Shown: positions 1 through 8,877, numbered from the stretch's first letter. The stretch: 33,896 nt of DNA from an uncultured bacterium (GCA_965372095.1 CBDVAW010000002.1:1-33896); one strand, 5' to 3'. Translations and numbers: made by a program. Notes: generated by a model from the sequence alone, not told the origin.

Positions 1-831
1 ATATATGATTTAACGGATGTGGGAATGCCGGTTCTTGTTATTGATAAAGAAAGGGAACTGTACGGTTATCACTTAGACGCAACCGACTTCCCGAATCTCT
101 CCGCCGAAAGTTATCTGGTAGCGGATCTGGATTCAGGATTTCTTTTCGCGCAGAAAAATTTTCAAGAAGAACTGCCAATAGCTTCTTTAACCAAACTGAT
201 GACCGCTGTTGTTATTGCTGAGAATAAAGACTTAAGTAAAAACATTTTTGTGACGGAAAAAATGCTGAACGCGCAAGGTTCTACGGAAGGCATTGAGGAA
301 GGCAAAATATTTTTAACGGTAGGATTATTCTACCCTCTTTTAATAGAGTCCTCCAATGACGCAGCCGAAATCCTTAGTTATTCCATAGGAAGAACCAGAA
401 CCATCAGACTAATGAATGAAAAGGCCGAATCAATTTTAATGAGCAACACACATTTTACCGATCCTTCGGGTCTTAATGCAAGCAATACGGCAACCGCCAA
501 AGACCTTTTTTATTTGGCAAGGTATATATTCAATAACCGCCCGCCAATTTTAAAAATCACGAAAGGAGAAAAAGTCACAACATTCGGAAAAATAATGTTT
601 GATATTAAAGAGCTTTGGAATAAAAATATTTTTATAAATGATCCCACCTTTGCGGGGGGCAAAACAGGTTACACGAAAGAAGCTAATAACACAGCTCTGT
701 TTATTTTCCGCTTAACCGATAATGACGACATGGAACGCAATATAGCGATCATCCTTTTAGGTTCAAATAATATTCAAACCGATACCCATAAAGTTTATAG
801 GTGGTTCTTAGATAATTACTTCAAATTATAA
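1..831 (+). CDS. D-alanyl-D-alanine carboxypeptidase (serine peptidase S11 / low-MW PBP), 5' end cut by window edge
   Basis: ORF track gives 19..831 (GTG), but the frame stays open back to nt 1. SxxK (SLTK), SxN (SSND) and KTG (KTGYT) motifs occur in canonical order. Paralogous to 12413..13492. Confidence 0.85.
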   Translation: MYDLTDVGMPVLVIDKERELYGYHLDATDFPNLSAESYLVADLDSGFLFAQKNFQEELPIASLTKLMTAVVIAENKDLSKNIFVTEKMLNAQGSTEGIEEGKIFLTVGLFYPLLIESSNDAAEILSYSIGRTRTIRLMNEKAESILMSNTHFTDPSGLNASNTATAKDLFYLARYIFNNRPPILKITKGEKVTTFGKIMFDIKELWNKNIFINDPTFAGGKTGYTKEANNTALFIFRLTDNDDMERNIAIILLGSNNIQTDTHKVYRWFLDNYFKL

Positions 832-880
832 TTTTAAAAATATTGTTTTTTTTATCCGGCTTGTGATAAAATATTATTAT

Positions 881-1543
881 ATGATTACTTATAAAGATGT
901 CAGTAAAAACCCATATATTTTAGAATTCATTAAGCAGACAAAAACTGCGCTAAATGCCCACGACTACACAGACCATGGGATAAACCATGTAAGGCTGGTG
1001 GCTGACAGAGCAAGATCTATCGCCAACGAAATTGGGTTAAGCAAAAGAGATCAGGAGTTGGCTGCTATCGCAAGTTTTTGCCACGATATGGGCAATTTCT
1101 TAAGCCGTCGCCTGCATAATTATCTTGGCGCCATGTTATTTCAACAAATATTCCCGAAAGATTTTTCTCCTAAAGAATTATCTTTAATTATGAAATCAAT
1201 CGTCAATCACGATAAGGCTGAAATGAAATTTACTCACGCCATTTCAGCTATTCTTGTATTGGCCGATAAGTCCGATGTCCGGCGTTCAAGAGTTATTGTC
1301 AAAAATAAAAAAATAATTCAAGAAGATATTCATAATCGCGTTAATTTTGCCGTTACAGACAGCCATTTAAGGATTGATAAGAATAAAAAACTTATCACCC
1401 TTACTCTCAAAATTGACACTAACTTTGTTCCCATAATGGATTATTTTGAAATTTTTACAGACAGAATGACAATGTGCCGCAAAGCGGCCCGGCATTTAAA
1501 ATATAGATTTGGACTGGTAATTAATAATTTTAAATTATTATAA
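881..1543 (+). CDS. HD-domain metal-dependent phosphohydrolase
   Basis: H...HD signature (HGINHV ... CHDMGN ... NHDK). ORF track starts at GTG 863; the first ATG is at 881. Confidence 0.75.
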   Translation: MITYKDVSKNPYILEFIKQTKTALNAHDYTDHGINHVRLVADRARSIANEIGLSKRDQELAAIASFCHDMGNFLSRRLHNYLGAMLFQQIFPKDFSPKELSLIMKSIVNHDKAEMKFTHAISAILVLADKSDVRRSRVIVKNKKIIQEDIHNRVNFAVTDSHLRIDKNKKLITLTLKIDTNFVPIMDYFEIFTDRMTMCRKAARHLKYRFGLVINNFKLL

Positions 1544-1559
1544 TTAGATTATTTTAAAT

Positions 1560-2372
1560 ATGGACAACCAAACTACTCTTTTCAAAAATAAAAATGCCGG
1601 AAGACACCTTATAGCCCCCGGAATAATTTTAAGTTTTCTTTTAGTGGCGCTAACTGTCTTCGTAATTGTTGAAACTTGCAATAAAATTAAAGCGAGAGAT
1701 TATATTGGCAGGGAAATTTCAACAAAAAATACAATCACCGTTTCCGGTTCAGCTGAAAAATACGCTAAGCCTGATTTAGCTTTAATAACTTTTTCCGTTA
1801 TTAACGAAGCTAAAACAGTCACCGAGGCTATGGATGAGAATACCGCGAAAATAAACAGTGTTATTGATATGATCAAAGAAAATGGTATTTTAGGCAAAGA
1901 CATAAAAACAACCGCTTTCAAAATCAACCCGCTCTATGAGTATGTTAAAACGACTTATTATCCTCCCTACTATCCACAGGGCAAGAGAATGTTGACCGGA
2001 TATGAAATAACTCAATCATTACGAATCAAGATAAGAGCTCTGGATAAAATCGGTCTTGTTATTGAAGAAGCCGCCGCAAAGGGAGCTAATATGGTAGGGG
2101 ATTTACAGTTTATAATTGAGGATCAAGACGAACTAAAAGATCAGGTCAGAGCGGAAGCAATCGCTGAAGCTAAAATCAAAGCGCTGGAATTAGCCACGCA
2201 ACTTGGAGTAGAACTATCCAGAATAAGTAATTTTAGCGAAGGAGGGCCTTATTACGGCTGGGATAGAGATATGGAGATGGTCGGAATGCTCGCCGAGGAA
2301 GGATCTCTTCAAGTGGAAGTGGGAGAAAACAGAATAACCGCCGATGTTGTTATCACCTACGAAATTGAATAA
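1560..2372 (+). CDS. SIMPL / DUF541 domain protein with N-terminal membrane anchor
   Basis: N-terminal TM helix followed by the typical SIMPL pattern: ITVSGSAEKYAKPDLALITFSV ... TGYEITQSL ... alanine-rich AEAIAEAKIKALELA helix. Confidence 0.75.
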   Translation: MDNQTTLFKNKNAGRHLIAPGIILSFLLVALTVFVIVETCNKIKARDYIGREISTKNTITVSGSAEKYAKPDLALITFSVINEAKTVTEAMDENTAKINSVIDMIKENGILGKDIKTTAFKINPLYEYVKTTYYPPYYPQGKRMLTGYEITQSLRIKIRALDKIGLVIEEAAAKGANMVGDLQFIIEDQDELKDQVRAEAIAEAKIKALELATQLGVELSRISNFSEGGPYYGWDRDMEMVGMLAEEGSLQVEVGENRITADVVITYEIE

Positions 2373-2625
2373 AAAGACAAAAAGCTCGGACTAAAAAAAC
2401 TAATCAATTAAACAATCAATATGTTGGAAATAGACGAATTTCTTATTATAACAACATTGATTTTGATGTCCTTTACTATTTTTCTAATTTAAATAGAATA
2501 AGCCGGACATTTTATCAAAGCATATATCCATAATCCCGAACCAAGAGTTTTGCCAATAATAAAAACTTTCAAGTTAAGCTTTTTAAATATATTCTTTAAT
2601 TAACATAACTCATCATATCTATAAT

Positions 2626-2955
2626 ATGTATATTTCTATTTTAATAGCCGGATTTGGAGGAGGAATTTTAAGAGGATTGGTCGGTTTTATCAAACACCAA
2701 TATTCTTATAAAAATGTGGCATTTCGCCTTCCTTATTTTTTACTGATGGTGTCTATGTCGGGAGCGATAGGAATTATATCCGCTATAGTGGTTAAAGAGT
2801 TGGGGATTAGTTTTTTAGGGCTTGACTCCTTTCCGGCGTCTTTAGCCGTAATAATAGGATATGCGGGGGGCGATTTCCTAGAAAATATTTACAAAGTCGT
2901 TATCAAGAAACCTTCTCTGTATTTGAATACTAAAGATAGCTCAATAGAAAGCTAA
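2626..2955 (+). CDS. small polytopic membrane protein, unknown function
   Basis: 109-aa ORF with about 3 hydrophobic helices and Gly-rich motifs. Its stop overlaps the next start (TAATG), suggesting translational coupling. Confidence 0.55.
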   Translation: MYISILIAGFGGGILRGLVGFIKHQYSYKNVAFRLPYFLLMVSMSGAIGIISAIVVKELGISFLGLDSFPASLAVIIGYAGGDFLENIYKVVIKKPSLYLNTKDSSIES

Positions 2956-3572
2956 TGATGCATATTATGGCCGGTTTTTGTTCAATTATAAAAATGAATA
3001 AGGTTTATGGGAAATATCTTCTATCTGTCCGCCCATATATTGTTTTCGCCGCATTATTCTTTGCGGTTGCTTTTTTATGGGGCTACTCATCGGCCAAATA
3101 TGCTCCGCAAGAAGCGGAAAAAGTATTAGAAAACTTAGCGGAAATATTTAGCCCGTTGATAAAGCTCGGCCCTTTTTCCCAATTTTTAGCTATTTTTTTT
3201 AACAACGCCTTAACGGCGGCCATGACCTTGATATTTGGTTTTATTTTTGGAATTTTTCCATTATTGGTTATTCTTTCTAATGGAATCATACTTGGTATCC
3301 TGGCATTTTCCACTCAAGACACATCTTCGTGGGGGACATTTATTATGGGAATTTTACCGCATGGGATTATAGAGCTTCCTCTTATAATCTTAACGGCCGG
3401 TTTGGGGATTAAGATTGGCTCGCTGGTAATTAAAAAAGTCTTTAAAAAACAAGGTTGCATCAAAGAAGAGATTTTTATGATTTTTACTTTTTTTGTGAAA
3501 GTAATTATTCCTCTTTTATTAATAGCCGCCGCCATAGAGGTTTTCATTACGCCGCTTTTCTTTTCCATATAG
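2955..3572 (+). CDS. SpoIIM-like / DUF95 family integral membrane protein
   Basis: Multi-TM ORF with the family-typical ILPHGIIELPLIILTAGLG segment. Confidence 0.7.
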   Translation: MMHIMAGFCSIIKMNKVYGKYLLSVRPYIVFAALFFAVAFLWGYSSAKYAPQEAEKVLENLAEIFSPLIKLGPFSQFLAIFFNNALTAAMTLIFGFIFGIFPLLVILSNGIILGILAFSTQDTSSWGTFIMGILPHGIIELPLIILTAGLGIKIGSLVIKKVFKKQGCIKEEIFMIFTFFVKVIIPLLLIAAAIEVFITPLFFSI

Positions 3573-3608
3573 ATTGTTTAAGGCTTGCCTTAAAATGAAG
3601 GCCGTTGT

Positions 3609-3636
3609 TTGCAAAAACATAATAATGGGCTATAAT
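3609..3636 (+). promoter_or_regulatory. sigma70-like promoter candidate (TTGCAA-N16-TATAAT)
   Basis: TTGCAA at 3609-3614, 16-nt spacer, perfect TATAAT at 3631-3636. AT-rich background makes chance hits likely. Confidence 0.3.
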
Positions 3637-3651
3637 CTAAGCAGATTTAAT

Positions 3652-3683
3652 AAGCTCCGATAATATTATCGGAGCTTTTCTTT
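3652..3683 (+). terminator. intrinsic terminator-like hairpin
   Basis: Perfect 13+13 palindrome AAGCTCCGATAAT/ATTATCGGAGCTT followed by TTTTCTTT, downstream of the SpoIIM-like gene. Confidence 0.6.
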
Positions 3684-3739
3684 AACATATTATTCTGCCT
3701 TTTTGAATTTTTCAAAAGGCGGTAGAAAGGATTAAAAAT

Positions 3740-3976
3740 ATGGACCAAAAAACTTTTCTTGTAGCGCTTATTATTAATTTGGCGCTGAGTTTTGTTTTCA
3801 TCTGTATTATTTTGTTGATAAGAAAACGGAACGATCCTTCGGAAGAGCTTTGGAGAAAGAGGCAGAAAATTGCAGATGCCTATTTGGGCCAAAGCAAAAA
3901 GCCTATCCTGGTTTTCTTTTTCCTGTGCATATTGGCCGTCTGGCTATATGACATAGTGAAAAAATTTATAGGATGA
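3740..3976 (+). CDS. small two-helix membrane protein, unknown function
   Basis: 78-aa ORF with hydrophobic helices at both ends. TGA stop is followed directly by a terminator hairpin. Partial AAGGA lies 9 nt upstream of the ATG. Confidence 0.5.
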   Translation: MDQKTFLVALIINLALSFVFICIILLIRKRNDPSEELWRKRQKIADAYLGQSKKPILVFFFLCILAVWLYDIVKKFIG

Positions 3977-3984
3977 TCTAAAAA

Positions 3985-4010
3985 AACGGCAGTGATTAAC
4001 TGCCGTTTTG
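3985..4010. terminator. bidirectional intrinsic terminator between convergent genes
   Basis: 9-bp stem AACGGCAGT / ACTGCCGTT with loop GATTA. An A-run precedes it and a T-run follows. Confidence 0.7.
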
Positions 4011-4029
4011 TATTGATATCTTTTTATGC

Positions 4030-4599
4030 CTATGCTTTCTCTAAGCGTTGGACATATTCTCCGGTTTCCGTGTTCACTTCTATTAAATCTCCTTGTTCAA
4101 CAAAAAGAGGAACATTTATTTTGGCTCCACTTTCCAGCTCTACCAATTTATTGCCGGATTGAGATCTATTGCCTTTGATCCCCGGCGGCGCTTCTTTTAC
4201 TTTAAGAGCCAGCTTAATCGGCAAAGATACGTTAATAATTTTCCCGTTAAAAATTATCCCATCTACCGATTGTCCCGGGATGAGAAACGGGACAATGGAT
4301 TTAATTTGCTCACCATTCAATTCAAATCGTTTTGATTGATCATTTGTTTCGCAAAAAAAATAATGATCCCGATGGACATAGCAAAATTTAGCGTTAATCT
4401 TTTCCAGCCCAGCCTCTTCAAAAGTCTCGGATTGACGGAAAGCTCTTGTTAAGATATTCCCGGTCATTAAGTTTTTTAGCTTCCCTTGAATTATGGCTTG
4501 TCCGCGCGCTTTTTTCATAGATAAAGCCTCTAAGAACTCGTAGGGCTCGTCCTCAAATATAATCCTTATTCCTTTTCTTAGATCATTGTATGAAAGCAT
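4030..4599 (-). CDS. efp: translation elongation factor P
   Basis: Aligns along its length with EF-P (N-terminal KOW-like domain, 189 aa). The loop tip residue is Arg32 (KKARGQA). Confidence 0.95.
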   Translation of the reverse strand: MLSYNDLRKGIRIIFEDEPYEFLEALSMKKARGQAIIQGKLKNLMTGNILTRAFRQSETFEEAGLEKINAKFCYVHRDHYFFCETNDQSKRFELNGEQIKSIVPFLIPGQSVDGIIFNGKIINVSLPIKLALKVKEAPPGIKGNRSQSGNKLVELESGAKINVPLFVEQGDLIEVNTETGEYVQRLEKA

Positions 4600-4601
4600 A
4601 T

Positions 4602-5558
4602 TTATTTAAGCACCGTGCCCATAAAATCATTATTTCCTCTTATAAAATCTTCTGAAAACATAGATTTCCCTCCTTCTACCTGTAATCGTTCTATTATCAG
4701 ATAACCGTTTGATGTCTGAACACATAATTCATTTTGCGGCGCCACCAAGGTTTTTCCGATTGGGTAAAGCGATTTATCGGGGAAATCATATATTCTGGCT
4801 TTTATAATTTTCATTCTTAAGATAGCGCCTTTTGTTTTTTCCCAATAACAAAAACATCCCGGCCACGGATCAAAGGCTCTTATCTTTTTTTCGATTTCTT
4901 GAGCCGGCGTGTTCCAGTCAATTTTTCCGTCATCTCTTGTTAAATATTTGCAGAAAGTCGCTTCAGATTCCTTTTGAGACATAGGATTAATCTCTTTTTT
5001 CATCCATTTAGGAACAGTTTCAAGTAAGAGTTGGGAACCCGCTTCAGCCAAAACCTGCTCTAACTCCTTGTGTGTAATTCTTGCGCCCGGAACTTTGATT
5101 ATTGATTGAGCCAGTATATCCCCGTGATCCATTTTATCGTCCATTAAAATAATCGTTACTCCGGTTTCTTGATCGCCATTTAAAATAGTATATTGAATAG
5201 GAGAAGGACCGCGCCATTTAGGCAATAAGGAAGGATGCACATTTAAACTTCCGTGTTTAGGTATATTAATTATCTCTTCGGGCAATAATTTGCCATAAGA
5301 AGCCACTATTATCAGATCAGGGTTTAGTTCTTTTATTTTCTCGTAAGACTCCTTGGCTTTTTCCGGTTGGAGCACAGGTATATTAAATTTTTCACATATG
5401 TTTTTAATCGGAGAAACATTAACAACTTGCTTGCGCCCGGCAGGCTTATCAAAATTAGTTATCACGGCTAATATCCTGTATTTGTCGGCTATTAAATTTT
5501 TAAGGTGTGGAAAGGCAAAATCAGAAGCTCCAAAAAAAATAATCTTTGGTTTTAACAT
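4602..5558 (-). CDS. fmt: methionyl-tRNA formyltransferase
   Basis: N-terminal IIFFG...FA, the formyltransferase HPSLLPKWRGPSPIQ motif and a C-terminal Fmt domain. Confidence 0.95.
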   Translation of the reverse strand: MLKPKIIFFGASDFAFPHLKNLIADKYRILAVITNFDKPAGRKQVVNVSPIKNICEKFNIPVLQPEKAKESYEKIKELNPDLIIVASYGKLLPEEIINIPKHGSLNVHPSLLPKWRGPSPIQYTILNGDQETGVTIILMDDKMDHGDILAQSIIKVPGARITHKELEQVLAEAGSQLLLETVPKWMKKEINPMSQKESEATFCKYLTRDDGKIDWNTPAQEIEKKIRAFDPWPGCFCYWEKTKGAILRMKIIKARIYDFPDKSLYPIGKTLVAPQNELCVQTSNGYLIIERLQVEGGKSMFSEDFIRGNNDFMGTVLK

Positions 5559-5591
5559 TGTTTTAGTATTTTAATTCTTAATATATCTGAA

Positions 5592-7538
5592 TTATAGCAA
5601 ACTTTGGGGGTCAATATCAACTGTCCAACCCCGGGAGATAGTATTTATGAGAATCTTCTTAACCTCTTCTGTTCTGCCCGTTATTTTTAATATAATGTGC
5701 CAGACATATTTACCGCGCACGCAAGAAGGGAAGGCGGGAGCGGGTCCAAGTATCTCAACAAAAGACTGAAGACCGTTTGCTTCCATCAGGCCATCTATTG
5801 TTTCCGCCAACTTGTCTGCTTCATTGATCGCTTTGTTAAAATCTTTATGGGGATAACTAAGCTTGGCTATTTGCGAAAATGGGGGATAGAACAATTCTTG
5901 ACGGCTCTTTATTTCTTGTTGAAGAAATAATTCTGTTTCTCCATTTTGAAAAAACTGCAACAAAGACGGTGTTTCATTATAAGCCTGGATTATCATTTTT
6001 TCACCTAAAAATTTAAATCGGGATAAAAGCCTAAAACCCCGTTCAGAAGACCTAAATTCAGGAAGACTCAAAATCGGATCAATTAAAATTATCCCTACCA
6101 AGCTCACCTTGCGGCTGTTTTTTAACAGAAGCTGCGTCCCTATTAATATTTTATATTTGCCTTTTTTAAAATCTTCAAAAATTTTCTCTTGTTGGCGCGC
6201 ATCCGGCGCTATGTCACTATCTATCCTTGCTATGCTATTTGCTAAATCACCAAACCCCCATGGCCCCGCAACCAGTCTTTTCAATTCTTGTATCACTTTC
6301 TGGGTACCGGAACCAAAATATTTTATTCTATCGCCGCGACACTTTGGGCAACGCGAAGGAGGAGACATTTTATTACCGCAATGATGGCACAAAAGGACCT
6401 CATTGTTCCCTTGAGTCTGACTATGATAAACCATAGAAACATCGCAGTCCTTACATTTAACAACATAGCCGCAATCACGGCAAAAAACAGATGTAGCTAT
6501 CCCACGACGACCAACAAATAAATATGCTTGCTCATTTTTGGATAATACTTCTTTTAAGGCTTTTTGAAGACTTTCGCTGAAAATAGAAAAATTATGTCTG
6601 CGCATTTCTTCCTTCATATCTGCCAATATTACCTTTGGCTTCAAAACGCTTTCTTGCGATTTGATTAGTCTGTATTGCCCTTGTCGCGCTTTATGATAGG
6701 AATCTATTGAGGGGAAATCACTGCCAAGAATAATTTTTGATCCCGTAATCTCGGCGAATTTTAAAGCTGCGACTTTTGCGTCATAGCGAGGATGCATATC
6801 CCAAGATTTATAATTATGATTTTCCTCATCGTCAATAATAATAAGTCCCGGATTTGTTATTGGAAAAAAGATTGCCGAACGCGTTCCGCATATTATGTCA
6901 ATATTGCCTGATTTAATTTTCCGCCATTCCGCAAATTCCCGGCTAACGCTTAATTCGCTATGAATAACGGAAATTTTCGCTTGGCATTCTTTAGATAAAA
7001 AATCTGCCGCTTTTTTTATATTTTGAATTTCGGGTGATAAAAAAATAATCTGTTTATTTTGTTTCAGCGTATTCTTAATTTCTTCCAAATATAGTATTAA
7101 CCGATTTTCACTCCAATAGAGCAGGGGAATATTCTTATTATCCGGTTTTGAAACATTATATGCCGGGAAAGCCGGCAAGTTTTTTACAAATGTTTTTCTT
7201 CTGACCAAACTTTTCGGAAGGAAAAGCTTTGAGATCCCTCCAAGAGAGAATAGATAGTATTGATGAAGAATATGCATTAATTCTATTTGATAAGAAGAAA
7301 CTACGGGCTCATTTGAAATGACTTTTAATATTCCCTTCAACTCAAAATCTATTTTTTTAATTTCCGCTTTTTTTTCTTTTGCATCGGCACAGTCAACAAC
7401 TATCGCCACCACCTTTCTCCTATTAAGAAGAATGGAAACCAGGCCCCCGATATCTACTTTTTGAGAGCAAAAATATGTTAATATTTGAGGCGATGACAGA
7501 GAATATTTAACTGAAGGAATAACGTCAATAATAAACAT
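5592..7538 (-). CDS. priA: primosomal protein N' (PriA) homologue with degenerate ATPase motifs
   Basis: Collinear with PriA and retains the Cys-rich zinc module (CRDCGYVVKCKDCDVSMVYH ... CHHCG ... CPKCRG). Walker A, DEEH and motif VI positions are not conserved (see findings). Confidence 0.85.
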   Translation of the reverse strand: MFIIDVIPSVKYSLSSPQILTYFCSQKVDIGGLVSILLNRRKVVAIVVDCADAKEKKAEIKKIDFELKGILKVISNEPVVSSYQIELMHILHQYYLFSLGGISKLFLPKSLVRRKTFVKNLPAFPAYNVSKPDNKNIPLLYWSENRLILYLEEIKNTLKQNKQIIFLSPEIQNIKKAADFLSKECQAKISVIHSELSVSREFAEWRKIKSGNIDIICGTRSAIFFPITNPGLIIIDDEENHNYKSWDMHPRYDAKVAALKFAEITGSKIILGSDFPSIDSYHKARQGQYRLIKSQESVLKPKVILADMKEEMRRHNFSIFSESLQKALKEVLSKNEQAYLFVGRRGIATSVFCRDCGYVVKCKDCDVSMVYHSQTQGNNEVLLCHHCGNKMSPPSRCPKCRGDRIKYFGSGTQKVIQELKRLVAGPWGFGDLANSIARIDSDIAPDARQQEKIFEDFKKGKYKILIGTQLLLKNSRKVSLVGIILIDPILSLPEFRSSERGFRLLSRFKFLGEKMIIQAYNETPSLLQFFQNGETELFLQQEIKSRQELFYPPFSQIAKLSYPHKDFNKAINEADKLAETIDGLMEANGLQSFVEILGPAPAFPSCVRGKYVWHIILKITGRTEEVKKILINTISRGWTVDIDPQSLL

Positions 7539-7732
7539 CTTAATAAGATCATAGCTTATTTAAAGCCCGCTTCCAAGCCAACCAACAACTTCTCGCCAAA
7601 CCGCAGACATTAATGCTATATTATATATTGTAAGAAATCATAGCGTTGTTTGCACTCTGCTCGGCAGTCAAATCTCCGAAGCCCCGGCTATAAATAACGC
7701 TGTTAATTCTTATATACAAATGTAATTTAATT

Positions 7733-8299
7733 ATGAAAAAACATCGTATTTTTATAGCTATTAATTTCCCGGACAAAGCCAAAAAAAAGCTGCAAGGTTT
7801 TCAGGATTTATGGTCTTCTTTGCCGGTTAAATGGACAAAGAAATATAATCTGCACCTTACTTTGCTTTTTATAGGTGATGTTGATGATGGAGAAATCTAC
7901 GAAATCTGTAAGATCGCCAAAAAAACAGCGGCAAAATATGAACCTTTTTTAATAAAATTTAATAAAATACTCCTTGGCCCTCCGGGGAAACAACCAAGAA
8001 TGTTCTGGGTTGAGGGGGAATATAATAAAGAATTGACTAAGTTGAGAAATGAAATTGAAATGAATTTTGAAAAATCGGAGAATGGCGCTTTCAACAACCA
8101 AGAAAATAGAGCTTTTAGACCACACGTAACATTGGGAAGAATTCATCAAGGGGAGTGGAAGCAACTGGCAGAAAAACCTGTTGTAGAAAAAACGCTTTCT
8201 TTAAGTATCGCCGTCAATTCCATTGAAATAATGGAAAGCATTTTAAGCCGAAAGGGCCCTGACTATATTGTTTTAGACTCCATTGAGCTCGGATATTAA
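7733..8299 (+). CDS. thpR: RNA 2',3'-cyclic phosphodiesterase (2H phosphoesterase, LigT/ThpR)
   Basis: Two HxT motifs at the expected spacing (HLTLLF and HVTLGR); 188 aa. Confidence 0.85.
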   Translation: MKKHRIFIAINFPDKAKKKLQGFQDLWSSLPVKWTKKYNLHLTLLFIGDVDDGEIYEICKIAKKTAAKYEPFLIKFNKILLGPPGKQPRMFWVEGEYNKELTKLRNEIEMNFEKSENGAFNNQENRAFRPHVTLGRIHQGEWKQLAEKPVVEKTLSLSIAVNSIEIMESILSRKGPDYIVLDSIELGY

Positions 8300-8425
8300 T
8301 AGCTAAAATTAATCAAATATTTATTAAGAAATAAATTTTCCACTTGACAAAAGTCAAAACAAAAAAGACAATAAGATAAAGGTTATTAATCGGTAAGCCT
8401 AACATTAGTAGATGTTTTAAATTAT

Positions 8426-8521
8426 ATGTTGATAGATATGAACACTATTGCATTAGTAATTTTCGCCGTAGCGGCAACGGGGTTTATTGTTTATTACTGC
8501 ATAGACCAAAAAAAAAGATAA
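8426..8521 (+). CDS. candidate 31-aa single-pass membrane peptide
   Basis: My own translation gives MLIDMNTIALVIFAVAATGFIVYYCIDQKKKR. Same TM-then-QKK layout as the next ORF. Too short for the ORF track. Confidence 0.3.
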   Translation: MLIDMNTIALVIFAVAATGFIVYYCIDQKKR

Positions 8522-8594
8522 ATAACATATCAGCCTTAATAATCTAAAGACAAAAATAATAACAATTAATAAAAAGTATTAAGGAAACTATCTT

Positions 8595-8795
8595 ATGAGC
8601 ACCATAACCATTGTTGGTATAATTGTGGCAGTAGCGATAGTGGCGGTCATCATTTATTTAATGACCCAGAAAAAAGAAGAAGACACACCCGAAGCGTCCA
8701 GCACACCTGAAGCATCCAGTATTCCTGAAGAACCGGCTCAACCGGAAGAATCAGAAGAGCCACCAGCTTCTTCACCACAAAATCCAGTCGCATAG
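8595..8795 (+). CDS. small single-pass membrane protein with acidic Pro/Glu/Ser-rich tail
   Basis: N-terminal TM (IVGIIVAVAIVAVIIYL), then QKKEE and a tandem TPEASS x2 repeat. A strong terminator follows the stop. Confidence 0.5.
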   Translation: MSTITIVGIIVAVAIVAVIIYLMTQKKEEDTPEASSTPEASSIPEEPAQPEESEEPPASSPQNPVA

Positions 8796-8834
8796 TTATC
8801 ACGTTTACCCTATTAAATAATTTAAGAGGGTTTA

Positions 8835-8877
8835 CCCAAAAAGCCCCAAATTTTCGGGGCTTTTTGGGTTGGTTTTT
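8835..8877 (+). terminator. intrinsic terminator
   Basis: 13-bp stem CCCAAAAAGCCCC / GGGGCTTTTTGGG followed by TTGGTTTTT. Confidence 0.75.

Noticed and set aside
3647-3892. 81-aa minus-strand ORF overlapping the leader and the 3740..3976 gene.
   Set aside because: It spans a terminator palindrome and is antisense to a membrane-protein ORF that has a proper terminator. Its composition is not protein-like.
3974-3976. Alternative genetic code with UGA as a sense codon (code 25 or 4), as seen in some CPR lineages.
   Set aside because: Large genes (priA, dnaK, pyrG and others) are uninterrupted under the standard code. This TGA is followed immediately by a terminator hairpin. The other TGA stop (20294) is followed 2 codons later by TAG.
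7649-7657. TTTGCACTC, an 8/9 match to the CIRCE left arm, upstream of thpR.
   Set aside because: The sequence 9 nt downstream (GTCAAATCT) does not match the right arm GAGTGCTAA. It is an isolated half-site and so probably chance.
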